Of a stretch of DNA of 64,000 nt, positions 41,820 to 55,861 are shown piece by piece (position 1 is the stretch's first letter; every line of letters starts with the position of its first letter). Location: assembly GCA_964016885.1 (NCBI GenBank), contig OZ024740.1, positions 2,914,001 through 2,978,000 of the forward strand, given 5' to 3'. Both the position numbers and the translations under genes were made by a program. Under the pieces are notes generated by a model. It was given only the letters and a program-made list of their open reading frames with translations, searched no databases and was not told the origin of the DNA. The DNA comes from Eledone cirrhosa (Eukaryota).

Positions 41820-41827
<8 letters not shown>
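41609..41827. repeat. Fold-back with about 100-bp arms; 3' end of the element also at 47225-47340
   Basis: TAATAAGAGGAATTCCAACTTTGTCTG...TATGATAGAAT / ATTCTATCATA...CAGACAAAGTTGGAATTCCTCTTATTA. Confidence 0.9.
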
Positions 41828-41864
<37 letters not shown>

Positions 41865-41909
41865 GACGTAAAATAAGAAAATTATAAAAATTTACTTACT
41901 AAAATTTCA

Positions 41910-41993
41910 CTCCAACTAATTAGTTTCTGAAAGGGAATAAACATGGTTTCCGATTGGAACAACATGGAGAAATATCCTTTCGTCATCAGGGAG
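41910..41993 (-). ncRNA. Type I hammerhead ribozyme, family C (better-preserved copy)
   Basis: Minus strand CTCC-CTGATGA-CGAAAGG...CCTTTCA-GAAA-CTAATTAG-TT-GGAG: canonical core, palindromic stem III, GUU site; the first stem II pair is a C/A mismatch. Confidence 0.75.
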
Positions 41994-42322
41994 ATCTGTT
42001 CTCAGCTAAGTTCCCAGGCAAAGCGTGGACGCAGGGAACTTATACAAAAATAATTCAGTGGTTGGAAAAAAGCAAGCGAGGACTAGATTCCAGGACATTG
42101 AAAAAATCACTGCCTACTTAGTCGGTGGCGAATTCAAAAGAATCAATCACGTGACATCGAGGTCAATCAGTGAGGAGTGAGGGTGCTAATAAGACAGTAG
42201 GCAGTGATTTTTTTTCAATGTCCTGGAATCTAGTCCTCGCTTGCTTTTTTCCATCCACTGAATTATTTTTGTATAAGTTCCCTGTGTCTACGCTTTGCCT
42301 GGGAACTTAGCTGTGAACAGAT

Positions 42323-42407
42323 CTCCCTGATGACGAAAGGATATTTCTCCATGTTGTTCCAATCGGAAACCATGTTTATTCCCTTTCAGAAACTAATTAA
42401 ATTGGAG
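42323..42407 (+). ncRNA. Hammerhead ribozyme, family C, copy with altered stem III
   Basis: CTCC-CTGATGA-CGAAAGG...CCTTTCA-GAAA-CTAATTAAATT-GGAG. Confidence 0.6.
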
Positions 42408-42574
42408 TGAAATTTTAGTAAGTAAGTAAATTTTTATAATTTTCTTATTTTACGTCTTTCATATAATTGTTCTGCATCCCCTTGCATTGAACCACAAAGT
42501 TACTAAGACAAAACATATATTTGCTAGCATAGGTATACATCTGTATATATATGTTGGTAGATATACTAATTCTT

Positions 42575-47007
<4,433 letters not shown>

Positions 47008-47126
47008 GGCACATGGCTTAGTGGTTAGTGCATTGGCCTTGCAATCGAAAGGTTGTGAGTTCAATTCTCAGACCAGGTGATGTGTTGTTTGCTTGAGCAA
47101 GACACTTTCTTTCACATTGCTCCAGT
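47008..47126 (+). mobile_element. tRNA-derived SINE 5' portion, truncated
   Basis: GGCACATGGCTTAGTGGTTAG...GAGTTCAATTCTC...CTTGAGCAAGACACTT; it stops where the HHR family D element begins. Confidence 0.85.
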
Positions 47127-47182
47127 CAAGTTTGCAATTTTCAACAGTTGAAAATTGCAAACTTGACTGACACCACATATTA

Positions 47183-47221
47183 TGAACCTGAAGATTGCGA
47201 AAGCATGAAAGTACTTGTTCA
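47183..47221 (+). ncRNA. Minimal type I hammerhead ribozyme, family D, within an element spanning about 47123-47340
   Basis: TGAAC-CTGAAGA-TTGC-GAAA-GCAT-GAAA-GTAC-TT-GTTCA; preceded by a perfect hairpin of about 23 bp at 47123-47169; the first stem II pair is U/U. Confidence 0.72.
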
Positions 47222-47474
47222 ATTAACACTTTGAATTTAATATTCTATCATACTATATCATTATAATACCATTATAAATTTTAAAGGATTGTAAATAAAA
47301 CGAGTAAATCAAAGTTGGAATTCCTCTTATTAATATATATCTATATATACATATATATATATACATATATATATCATCAACGTTTAACGTCCGTGTTCCA
47401 CGCTTGCATGGGTTTGGATATATATATATATATATACATATATTTATATATATATATATTTATATATATATATT

Positions 47475-47507
<33 letters not shown>

Positions 47508-47635
47508 ATTTATATTTATATATATATATATATATACATATATTTATATATATTTATATTTATATATATATATATAATTGGTGTTGGATGCGTTAGGCCA
47601 TTTGAGCACTCGATGTTCTCACAGAGCAGAGTATG

Positions 47636-47855
47636 ATATCACAAAAAAAGAGAATCAGTGCTGCGACGAATGGAATTTATTGGACATATTACAATTGTTT
47701 CTCTGGCGACCAGCTCGAGGCACGATCGATGTGATTTTCAGAGTCAGGTTCGATCACCACATCGATCATGCCTCGAGCTGGTTGCCAGAGAAACAATTGT
47801 AATATGTCCAATAAATTCCATTTGTTGCAACACTGATTCTCTTTTTTTGTGATAT
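47636..47855. repeat. Fold-back with about 97-bp arms and a 24-bp spacer
   Basis: ATCACAAAAAAAGAGAATCAGTG...GATCGATGTG / CACATCGATC...CACTGATTCTCTTTTTTTGTGAT. Confidence 0.9.
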
Positions 47856-48009
47856 ATATATATAAGATGGGCTATTACAGTTTCTGTCAACCAAATACCA
47901 TACATAAGGTGTCAACTCCATGTTGATTATATTTAAAATTAAATGAAAGTCGGCCTAGTTGATATACAGTCATTAACAGGTTAAAGATTAATTAACAGAA
48001 ATTACTCAC

Positions 48010-48064
48010 TTAGTGGCATACTTCGGCAGCATCTGACAGTTCTCAATGTTTGAGCAATCATATG
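48010..48064 (-). CDS. RAPGEF4: Epac/RAPGEF4-like RasGEF exon 5 of 5 seen: HMIAQTLRTVRCCRSMPL(+1 nt)
   Basis: Acceptor ctctcattag, donor gtgagt, 55 nt, in phase with the preceding exon; fits the helix after NFEKM in Epac proteins. Confidence 0.85.
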
Positions 48065-48187
48065 CTAATGAGAGAATAAAAACATTGATTACATTGATAT
48101 ATTATTGATTTAAAACAAAGATTATGTAAAGAATATGATGTAAAATATATTGACTGAAATAATCAGTACTTCCTAAAACTGCACAAT

Positions 48188-48575
48188 TACACCTTTCAGA
48201 TGACACAGGACTGAGATCTCTGGTGTTATACAGTAATACAGAACACCTGCCTTCCCATACATATAGTATTCACCACCTTCACCTTCATCCCTCCTTCCAC
48301 ACACCTCTCTAACACTCCGCCACACATACCCCCATATACACGCCTCCCTAATCCCTAAACACCCTTCTCACCAAAACTCCCAGTCCACACTGTAAAGTGG
48401 TCATGTAGGTGTCACAACAAAAAGCACCCAGCCCACACTGTGAAGTGTCATGTAGGTGACAGGACAAATTGCTTTTGTATGAGCAAGACATGGTAATCTG
48501 ACTTCGACGTGTCTCAAATAGGTCAACCCTTCTAACCCATGTTAGTGTAGAAAATAACGTTAAATGGTGATGAAA
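48188..48575 (+). mobile_element. Degenerate RTE LINE 3' fragment
   Basis: Similar to 36543-36930 (ATGACACAGGAC.., CACACTGTAAAGTGG.., CTAACCCATG..). Confidence 0.7.
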
Positions 48576-48600
48576 TATATATATATTTCTATATATATAT

Positions 48601-48917
48601 AGGTATCACAAATGACCATGGAATTGGCACCTAGGAAGTTCCCCTCCGAGGCACAAGTCCAGGCAAGGTTATTTGCGGAAGACCAGCAGTCACCCATACC
48701 AGTCTCCCCTCTCCACGCCATCAATGTTGTCCAAGGGAAAGACAATGACCGATACAGCTTGGCACCAGCGATGGCGCAACTCATTTCTACAACTGAGTAA
48801 TTTGGACCAATGTGAAATAAAGTGTCTTGCTCAAGGACACAACATATCACCCAGTTCGAGAATTGAACTCACAAACTTTCGATTGCAAGCCCAATGCTCT
48901 AACCACTAAGCCATGTG
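48601..48917 (-). mobile_element. tRNA-derived SINE, same head with a different 3' body
   Basis: Head matches 37500-37635; 48601-48780 is unrelated to the RTE tail. Confidence 0.8.
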
Positions 48918-49129
48918 TCTTCTCTCTCTCTCTCTCTCTCTGTAATGTGTGTGTGTGTATATAATTAATCAGTGTTTATTCTAACCTTGCTGACTGCTTC
49001 TCTGTATAACATTGCTTGCACCACATTCACAAACCCTTGTAACTTTTGATGATGATGCTGTTCTGCTAGTCATTAGGTATGACACCATTTTGTATTTCCT
49101 GGTTTACAATATGGGGTTGGAGTTAAGGT

Positions 49130-49270
49130 GCGACCTACCATCGCAGATGCTTTGAGCATCTCAGCAACTATCGCTACTTATCCAGTTGATTTGTTTGTCT
49201 TCATATCCTTAATTGCTTTACTTACTACACTGCTGCTAACTTGTATGGCTGGTCCCTCTGTTGGGTTGAA
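49130..49270 (-). pseudogene. LINE fragment from the RT N-terminal region
   Basis: Minus strand NPTEGPAIQVSSSVVSKAIKDMKTNKSTG*VAIVAEMLKAS resembles the 'AIxxMKxGKAxGPxGIxAEMLK' motif; internal stop codon. Confidence 0.75.
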
Positions 49271-49317
49271 TTGAGGCAGACTATCTTCTTCTTCTCATTC
49301 AGCATATCTATATATAT

Positions 49318-49650
49318 CATCATCATTTCATTTTATGTCCGCTTTTCCCTGCTTGCAAGGGTGGGACGGGAACTGATTTTGGCTTGATTTCTACAGCTGG
49401 ATGCCCTTCCTAACACCAACCTCATTTACAGTGAGTGCGGGGTGCTTTTTGCCGTGGCACCTGCACGACCACTTTGCAGTGGAATGATAGGGACCCCGGT
49501 CCCTATCATCTCATTTCTACAGCTGAGTAAACTGGAGCAATGTGAAATAAAGTGTCTTGCTCAAGGAAACAACACATCACCCGGTCTGAGAATTGAACTC
49601 ACAACCTTTCGATTGCAAGGCCAATGCTCAACCACTAAGCCATGTGCCTC
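49318..49650 (-). mobile_element. tRNA-derived SINE with RTE tail (full length)
   Basis: Highly similar to 37313-37635; (ATG)n tail. Confidence 0.85.
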
Positions 49651-50198
49651 CATATATATATATTCATACATTATTCTAGAAGGAAACCTCTGATGTAAAA
49701 CCTGCAACTCGATGGCACCCATTGATGTTAACCTGTTCTTCTGTTTAGATACTTGTCACTGTTGTTTAGAGGGTGGGATTGGTCCAATGCAGGACCTTCC
49801 TTCCTTTAACAAGCACAGACATCACTTGATCTAAATGACTTTCATGTGTGTTACATGAGCATAGCCTTTTATTTTTTCTTTCACTGCAGCATATGCAGAA
49901 AGGAATCTAAGACCTTGGCATGACTAAAAAGTCATATTTGGCCACCCATGTATAAGAAATATGACAAGGGATGGCAATTCTCAAAACTTAAAGGCAGACA
50001 CTATATAAATAATAATGAAAATATTGTGTACAGTGCTCAGGTGCACTACAACTCATCAAAAGTGTATGTATAGTACATAGGGTAATGTACAAACATCAGG
50101 AAAATATATATTTGAAATGTCACCCACCCCCCCACCCCCCAATAAACAAAAGGATCGTGATGATAAAAATAGAGAAAGTTAAATGATATAAGACTTAC

Positions 50199-50263
50199 CA
50201 TTTTCTCAAAGTTCACCAATCCATCATAGTAAGTTTTATTCCCTTCATGAGTGAAGGTCATAT
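50199..50263 (-). CDS. RAPGEF4: Epac/RAPGEF4-like exon 4: (D)MTFTHEGNKTYYDGLVNFEKM
   Basis: tttttag acceptor, gtaagt donor, 65 nt; CDC25 motif 'D.TF.HEGN...LVNFEKM'. Confidence 0.93.
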
Positions 50264-50449
50264 CTAAAAAGGAAATAAATATAAATACACATATTAGATA
50301 GTCACCTTAACAGTGTAAACATTACTTGAGTCATATACCTATACTTCGTATTTCTATTTCTTTTGCAAGATTTCTGGAAATTTGTAATAAATTGAAGTGA
50401 AAACCAACAGATTTTTGTGTTTTTATTGGTAACATGACCCTCCCAAAGT

Positions 50450-50678
50450 ATCATCATCATCATCATTTTACGTCCGCTTTTCCCTACTTGCAAGGGTGGG
50501 ACGGGAACTGATTCTGACTTGATTTCTACAGCTGGATGCCCTTCCTAACACCAACCTCATTTACAGTGAGTGCTGGGTGCTTTTTTGCCCTGGCGCCTAC
50601 ACGACCACTTTACAGTGGAATGATAGGGACCCCAGTCCCTATCATCTCATTTCTACAGCTGAGTGAATTGGAGCAATA
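50450..50678 (-). mobile_element. SINE 3' portion (5'-truncated)
   Basis: Matches 49318-49540. Confidence 0.8.
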
Positions 50679-51019
50679 AAGTATAACAGTATATATATCA
50701 TTGTTTAACATCCATTTTTCCATGCTAGCATGGGTTAGATGAGTTGCCCTGCTGTGAGCAATGCCAGGTCAGATGACCATGTCTTGATATATATATATAT
50801 ATATATATATATGGCTAACTGAACACACATGTGCTTTCTCTCCCAACAACATTTTTTCTGTTTCTTCCTCCTATTTTCATTCTTGTCTATCTTTCTACTT
50901 CTATTATCTCTCATTCTATCTTCTGATGAAGGATTAATGTCTGGCATGTTAACATTCTTTTCCTACTATATCAAGCCTTCAATAGGTATATACATTGTAC
51001 TGTATTATTATATATAAAA

Positions 51020-51265
51020 GTCTAAAGTCTGTCTGAAGCCCAGAGGTTCATTAGGCCAGTGTTTATCCCGGTCTCCATAGCATTAAACAACTGACAATGC
51101 AATGCTCCCCCCTGGACAGGATGCCAGTCCATCACAGGGTTAAACTCCCAGCTATTGCTGCTACTCATTTTCAGTTGGAGTAACATGAAATGAAGTGTTT
51201 TGCTCAAGAACACAACACACAATCCAGTTGAAGAGTTGAACCTGCAATGTTATGGTCATAAGTCC
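51020..51265 (-). mobile_element. Second SINE family with a conserved central domain (V/Meta type, exact class unsure)
   Basis: Minus strand AACCCTGTGATGGACTGGCATCCTGTCCAGGGGGG...GGAGACCGGGATAAAC, a segment recalled from widespread metazoan SINEs. Confidence 0.65.
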
Positions 51266-51717
51266 AATGATGATGATGATGATATCACACATTCACATAA
51301 ACACATTTACACACACATATATATCATCATCATCATCATTTTATTTCTACTTTTTCATGCTTGCATGGATTAGACTGAATCTTTTTCAGCACAGCATCTC
51401 TCCACTCCTCAGATTCCTTCATCACCTTTTCTGTGAGTAATAGTATGTGTGGTTTGTGTTTTAGTAAGAGGTAATGTATGGTCGTGGTCTAGGCCGGATT
51501 GGAGTCCATGGATGTGAAATGAGAATTGTCCCGCAGATTGAGTTTAAATTTTTATTTGCATTAAGAGAAGTGAAGATGGTGTTGTGATGTGAAGTCATGC
51601 TAAACTCTTTTCAAGGAGTCTGGTTTAAATTCTTGGAATGAAGTAAACTCTGTTAAAGGTACTACTGGGTGTATAGTGAATAGGTGACAGGTGACAGGTG
51701 ACAATGATACAACTTAC

Positions 51718-51856
51718 CTTTCATCATGAGAGGCATGAATGGGATGATTGGTGGACGCATCTTTGAAATGGACAGTCTGTAGACGCGATGGTTCCGAGAA
51801 GGGTCCATAATGGTTTCAAACTCTGAAAACATCTTTTTTAACTTTCCTGGCAGTTT
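51718..51856 (-). CDS. RAPGEF4: Epac/RAPGEF4-like exon 3: KLPGKLKKMFSEFETIMDPSRNHRVYRLSISKMRPPIIPFMPLMMK(+1 nt)
   Basis: ttcttccag acceptor, gtaagt donor, 139 nt; DPSRNHR and PPIIPFMPL are Epac-type motifs. Confidence 0.95.
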
Positions 51857-52131
51857 CTGGAAGAAAGAAAGATGTGAAATATACCATTATTTATTGACCT
51901 GACAGGTATAAGGGGCATAGAAAATATTGATCTGATATAAAGTGACTCACAGGTTGTCTAACACATTAGCATGGGTTAAACAACCTGTCTAACCCATGCT
52001 AATGTGGAAAAATAGACGTTAAACAGTGATGATGATAATAATGATGATAAATGTTCTTGTTAGTTTAATTGACAACCAGTGAATAACAGAAAAATATGTA
52101 ACAGAAAGAGGTTGTTTGGACCTCAACTTAC

Positions 52132-52222
52132 CTCCCATGTTTGCGATAATCGGCTCACAGCAATATTACTTAAGCCTAATACAATAGCGAAAAAACTGCT
52201 CATGTTTTGATATTCTTTACAA
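52132..52222 (-). CDS. RAPGEF4: Epac/RAPGEF4-like exon 2: (Y)[30 protein letters not shown]
   Basis: attttcag acceptor, gtaagt donor, 91 nt; CDC25 motif 'N..SFFAIV.GL....VSRL..TWE'. Confidence 0.95.
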
Positions 52223-52752
52223 CTGAAAATAAACAAGGGGTATATATAACCAAGATGTAACAGAAATCTGAATTTGTATTTGAATAGATACTGAGTAGGT
52301 CAACTTTTCACCCATTCAAGGTCGATAAAAAAAGTACCAGTTTAGTACTGGGGTCGATTCTTTCTCTATGTCTCTTTCTCACTCTATCCTTCTGAAGAAA
52401 TCTGCTGTATTCAGACCTGGAGAGGACTGGGCTCTGTTGAGTTTAAACAATTCCCTAGAAATGCTGTATGTCAATATGGCACTCTACGACTCAGGAGTTG
52501 GGACCATGTAAGATATTAAGTGAAAATTTAATGTGTCTATTTTAAATTAACCCTTTTGATACCAAACCACTCAAAACCAGCTCTGTTTCTATTCTGCCAT
52601 TTTAAAGTGTTCCTATATTTAAAACTTAAAATATTTTTATATAAGAACCTTTTCCTAAGTTATGTTACAAATGGTATATTAATTACAAAATAATCAACAA
52701 TTAAATAAATCCCTCCAGGTTCTTAATTAATTAATCAATTTAATTAGAATAC

Positions 52753-53052
52753 AGTGAAGGATGACATCTGCATAAAAAGGTACAGAGCGCTCAAAGTCGA
52801 TGGAAGCCTTGAAGTGGTACCAGAAAACATCTATCCCACACTGTAAAGTTGTCATGTAGGAGACACAACAAAAAGCACTCAGCACACACTGTAAATGTGG
52901 TTGCCACTAGGAAGGGCATCCAGCCATAGAAAACCAGCCAGAAACAGTCCTATATGAGCGAGACACGGTCACCCGATCCAACTTACCTCTAATGAGGCAA
53001 ACCTGTCTAACCCATGTTAGCGTGGCAGATAGAGGTTAAACGATGATGATGT
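52753..53052 (+). mobile_element. RTE LINE 3' fragment, internally deleted
   Basis: GAAGGATGACATCTGCATAAAAAGG.. matches 36431-36480, followed by the 3' UTR and (GAT)n. Confidence 0.8.
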
Positions 53053-53463
53053 ATTTCATTAAAAATACAACCATTAAAGAGTTGAGTACTTTTCCAGCAA
53101 GTTGTCTCCCTTGCAAAAGAAATAAAACCAACAAACCAGATACAACTTTTAACTGCTTCATTACCATATTTCTAATGACATACACTTTATTTCAATTAAT
53201 TAATGAAGATAATTAATGAAGAATTTAGGAGGACTTTTCTAAGATTATTAATTAGTTCATTATTAAGATAGTATTTGTAACACAACTTAACAAAAGATTT
53301 TTATATAAAATTATAATCATGTTGGAAGATTTCAATCTAAAATGGTAGTTTTGTTTCATAGAACCAGAAATGGTTTTCACTGGGTACCAACAAGGTTCAG
53401 ACTGAATTACCTTTGATACAATATTTATCAAACAAATAAAGATAAGTCAGAGAAAATCCTTAC

Positions 53464-53642
53464 TATGAAGCTAGCTTGATGAATTTACGCAAAAGGTGAA
53501 CTCTTTTGTTAAGATTTTGCGTCAAGAGGATTTCTGTAACGACCCAATACTGGACTTCATTGAAACGTCTTAAGAAGAGGTCCAAGTTGGCAGTCATTTT
53601 GGCAAACTTATATCTTCCAAACACTTGATATATCAACTCATA
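53464..53642 (-). CDS. RAPGEF4: Epac/RAPGEF4-like exon 1 of 5 seen: [59 protein letters not shown](+2 nt)
   Basis: tttttactgcag acceptor, gtaagg donor, 179 nt; [19 protein letters not shown] is characteristic of Epac2/RAPGEF4. Invertebrates usually have one Epac, so the symbol is a best-match name. Confidence 0.95.
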
Positions 53643-53692
53643 CTGCAGTAAAAAGTAGAAAAACATTGATAGATTGATTAAAAATATATATA

Positions 53693-54345
53693 TATATACT
53701 GTATATAGATAGTTACTACTATATACTGTATATAGATAGTTACTACTATATACTGTATATAGATAGTTACTATTATATACTGTATATAGATAGTTACTAT
53801 TATATACTGTATATAGATAGTTACTATTATATACTGTATATAGATAGTTACTACTATATACTGTATATAGATAGTTACTACTATATACTGTATATAGATA
53901 GTTACTAATATATACTGTATATAGATAGTTACTACTATATACTGTATATAGATAGTTACTATTATATACTGTATATAGATAGTTACTACTATATACTGTA
54001 TATAGATAGTTACTATTATATACTGTATATAGATAGTTACTACTATATACTGTATATAGATAGTTACTACTATATACTGTATATAGATAGTTACTACTAT
54101 ATACTGTATATAGATAGTTACTACTATATACTGTATATAGATAGTTACTATTATATACTGTATATAGATAGTTACTACTATATACTGTATATAGATAGTT
54201 ACTACTATATACTGTATATAGATAGTTACTACTATATACTGTATATAGATAGTTACTACTATATACTGTATATAGATAGTTACTACTATATACTGTATAT
54301 AGATAGTTACTACTATATACTGTATATAGATAGTTACTATTATAT
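53693..54345. repeat. 27-bp minisatellite, about 24 copies
   Basis: Unit ATATACTGTATATAGATAGTTACTA[C/T]T. Confidence 0.97.
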
Positions 54346-54552
54346 ATATATATCTAGACACACACATTTATATATTTAAACAATTCAAATGTTCATGCAA
54401 AGCTGGTACATCATGACAGACTGAGAAAGGTATCTTATACCCCTTATACAAGGAGAGGGAGAGAGAGATCAGCAGATAATGGTTTTAACACTTTTGATAC
54501 TGCTTCTTGTTTTATGATAAAAAGTTATTTATTTTAAATTGTCTATAATCCA

Positions 54553-54750
54553 CATCATCATCGTTTAACGTCCGTCTTCCACGCTAGCATGGGTTAGACG
54601 GTTTTGTTCCATTTGATGCAGGATTAGCCGGGAAACCATGTCTCGCTCATACAGAAGTGTCTCTGGCAGGTTTTCTACAGTTGGATACCCTTCCTAACGC
54701 CAACCACATTACAGTGTGGACTGGGTACTTTTGTTTTGTCACCTACACAG
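54553..54750 (-). mobile_element. RTE LINE / SINE 3' tail fragment
   Basis: Reverse complement resembles 36690-36930. Confidence 0.75.
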
Positions 54751-55600
54751 TGGACGGAAATGGGAGGATAGGGTGAGGTGTATATTTATTTAAAAGACTG
54801 CCATGATTATTTTATGTAAGAACCTTTGTTAAGCTGTTTCAAACAGCAGTTTAATAATGCAAAAGTTAGTTGTATAACTGCTTTAAATTCTTGATTGTTG
54901 TCCCCAGTGAGTCCACTGGTCCATTGCTTATATTATCTACTGGTTGTAACTCCTTTTGCAGTCTTCTCTACAGGGTGTACCCAAGGCCCAGGGCCCATCC
55001 CCTTCCCCCCATTCTTCTGTGACACTACAGTCCTTGCCTTTCCCTTCCTTTTCTGTTTCTATAACCACAAAAGACATTTGAATATTCACAGTAACTCTAC
55101 TTTGTGTATTGAGAACTGTTTTTATTTGCTTATATATGTTCAATATTTGAATAACGTTATGAAGTTTTAAGCTTAAAAAGAAAAGAGTTAGTCAACAAGA
55201 AGCTATTAAGCTATTCAGACAAGATTTAAACCCAGAATAGGCAGAGCTGGATCAAAACTGCAAAACTTTCTATCTAAATCTTTAACAATTCTGCCAACCC
55301 ACCACTCTATAGATTAATACTTTATTTAAGAATCTTGATAATATGAAAGGCAAAGTTGACCATAAACCAAAGTTTGATCTCATAGTATAGACAGCCAGAA
55401 CAAATAATGAGGAATGGAATCAAATGTTCTATCAATTCTGACAACACCTAACCCCCTCCAAATTTTAAATTATTTATAGACGATGTATTTTAGGGGTTAA
55501 GGATTTGTATAGTACACTCTGAGTTCAAATGCTGTCAAGTGCAACTTTAAATTTCACATTTTCAGGGTGATCAAATAAATACTAGTTTTGGTGGCTTTTG

Positions 55601-55841
55601 TTATGGATGTGTGCATTCTGTTTTCAAATCCTGCTTTACTCCTCTTGGGGGATACACTTTAGCAAAAGTCCAGTTTGACAAAACCACATGGTTATTGAGT
55701 ACTTTTAGTGGATTCCATTCTGTTACAAATATTTGGACCAAGTCTTTGAAGATACCATCTTCCCCTCTCCATTCCCAGGGGCGCCCGAAAAAGGTCATAG
55801 CTACAGCCCAACCTTTCCTAACTAAATAGTAAAAACCTCCC
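55601..55841 (-). CDS. Putative terminal exon of an unidentified gene
   Basis: ttaattttag acceptor then an open frame (R)GGFYYLVRKGWAVAMTFFGRPWEWRGEDGIFKDLVQIFVTEWNPLKVLNNHVVLSNWTFAKVYPPRGVKQDLKTECTHP*; phase matches the donor at 63963. Confidence 0.5.
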
Positions 55842-55861
55842 CTAAAATTAATAAATTATCT

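Larger units (their letters stand above)
41858..42464. mobile_element. Fold-back with about 260-bp arms and a 77-bp spacer carrying HHR family C (Penelope-like inverted terminus)
   Basis: Arms 41858-42118 and 42196-42464 are near-perfect reverse complements; the left end abuts (TA)n. Confidence 0.88.

Noticed and set aside
47008-47080. tRNA gene (GCA in the anticodon-like loop)
   Set aside because: It is the tRNA-derived head of a multi-copy SINE, with no proper acceptor stem.
50915-50965. CTGATGA motif as another hammerhead ribozyme
   Set aside because: No downstream GAAA box or stem III; at best a decayed remnant.
53678-54367. 229-aa ORF with an IVVTIYIQY repeat
   Set aside because: Translation of the 27-bp minisatellite.
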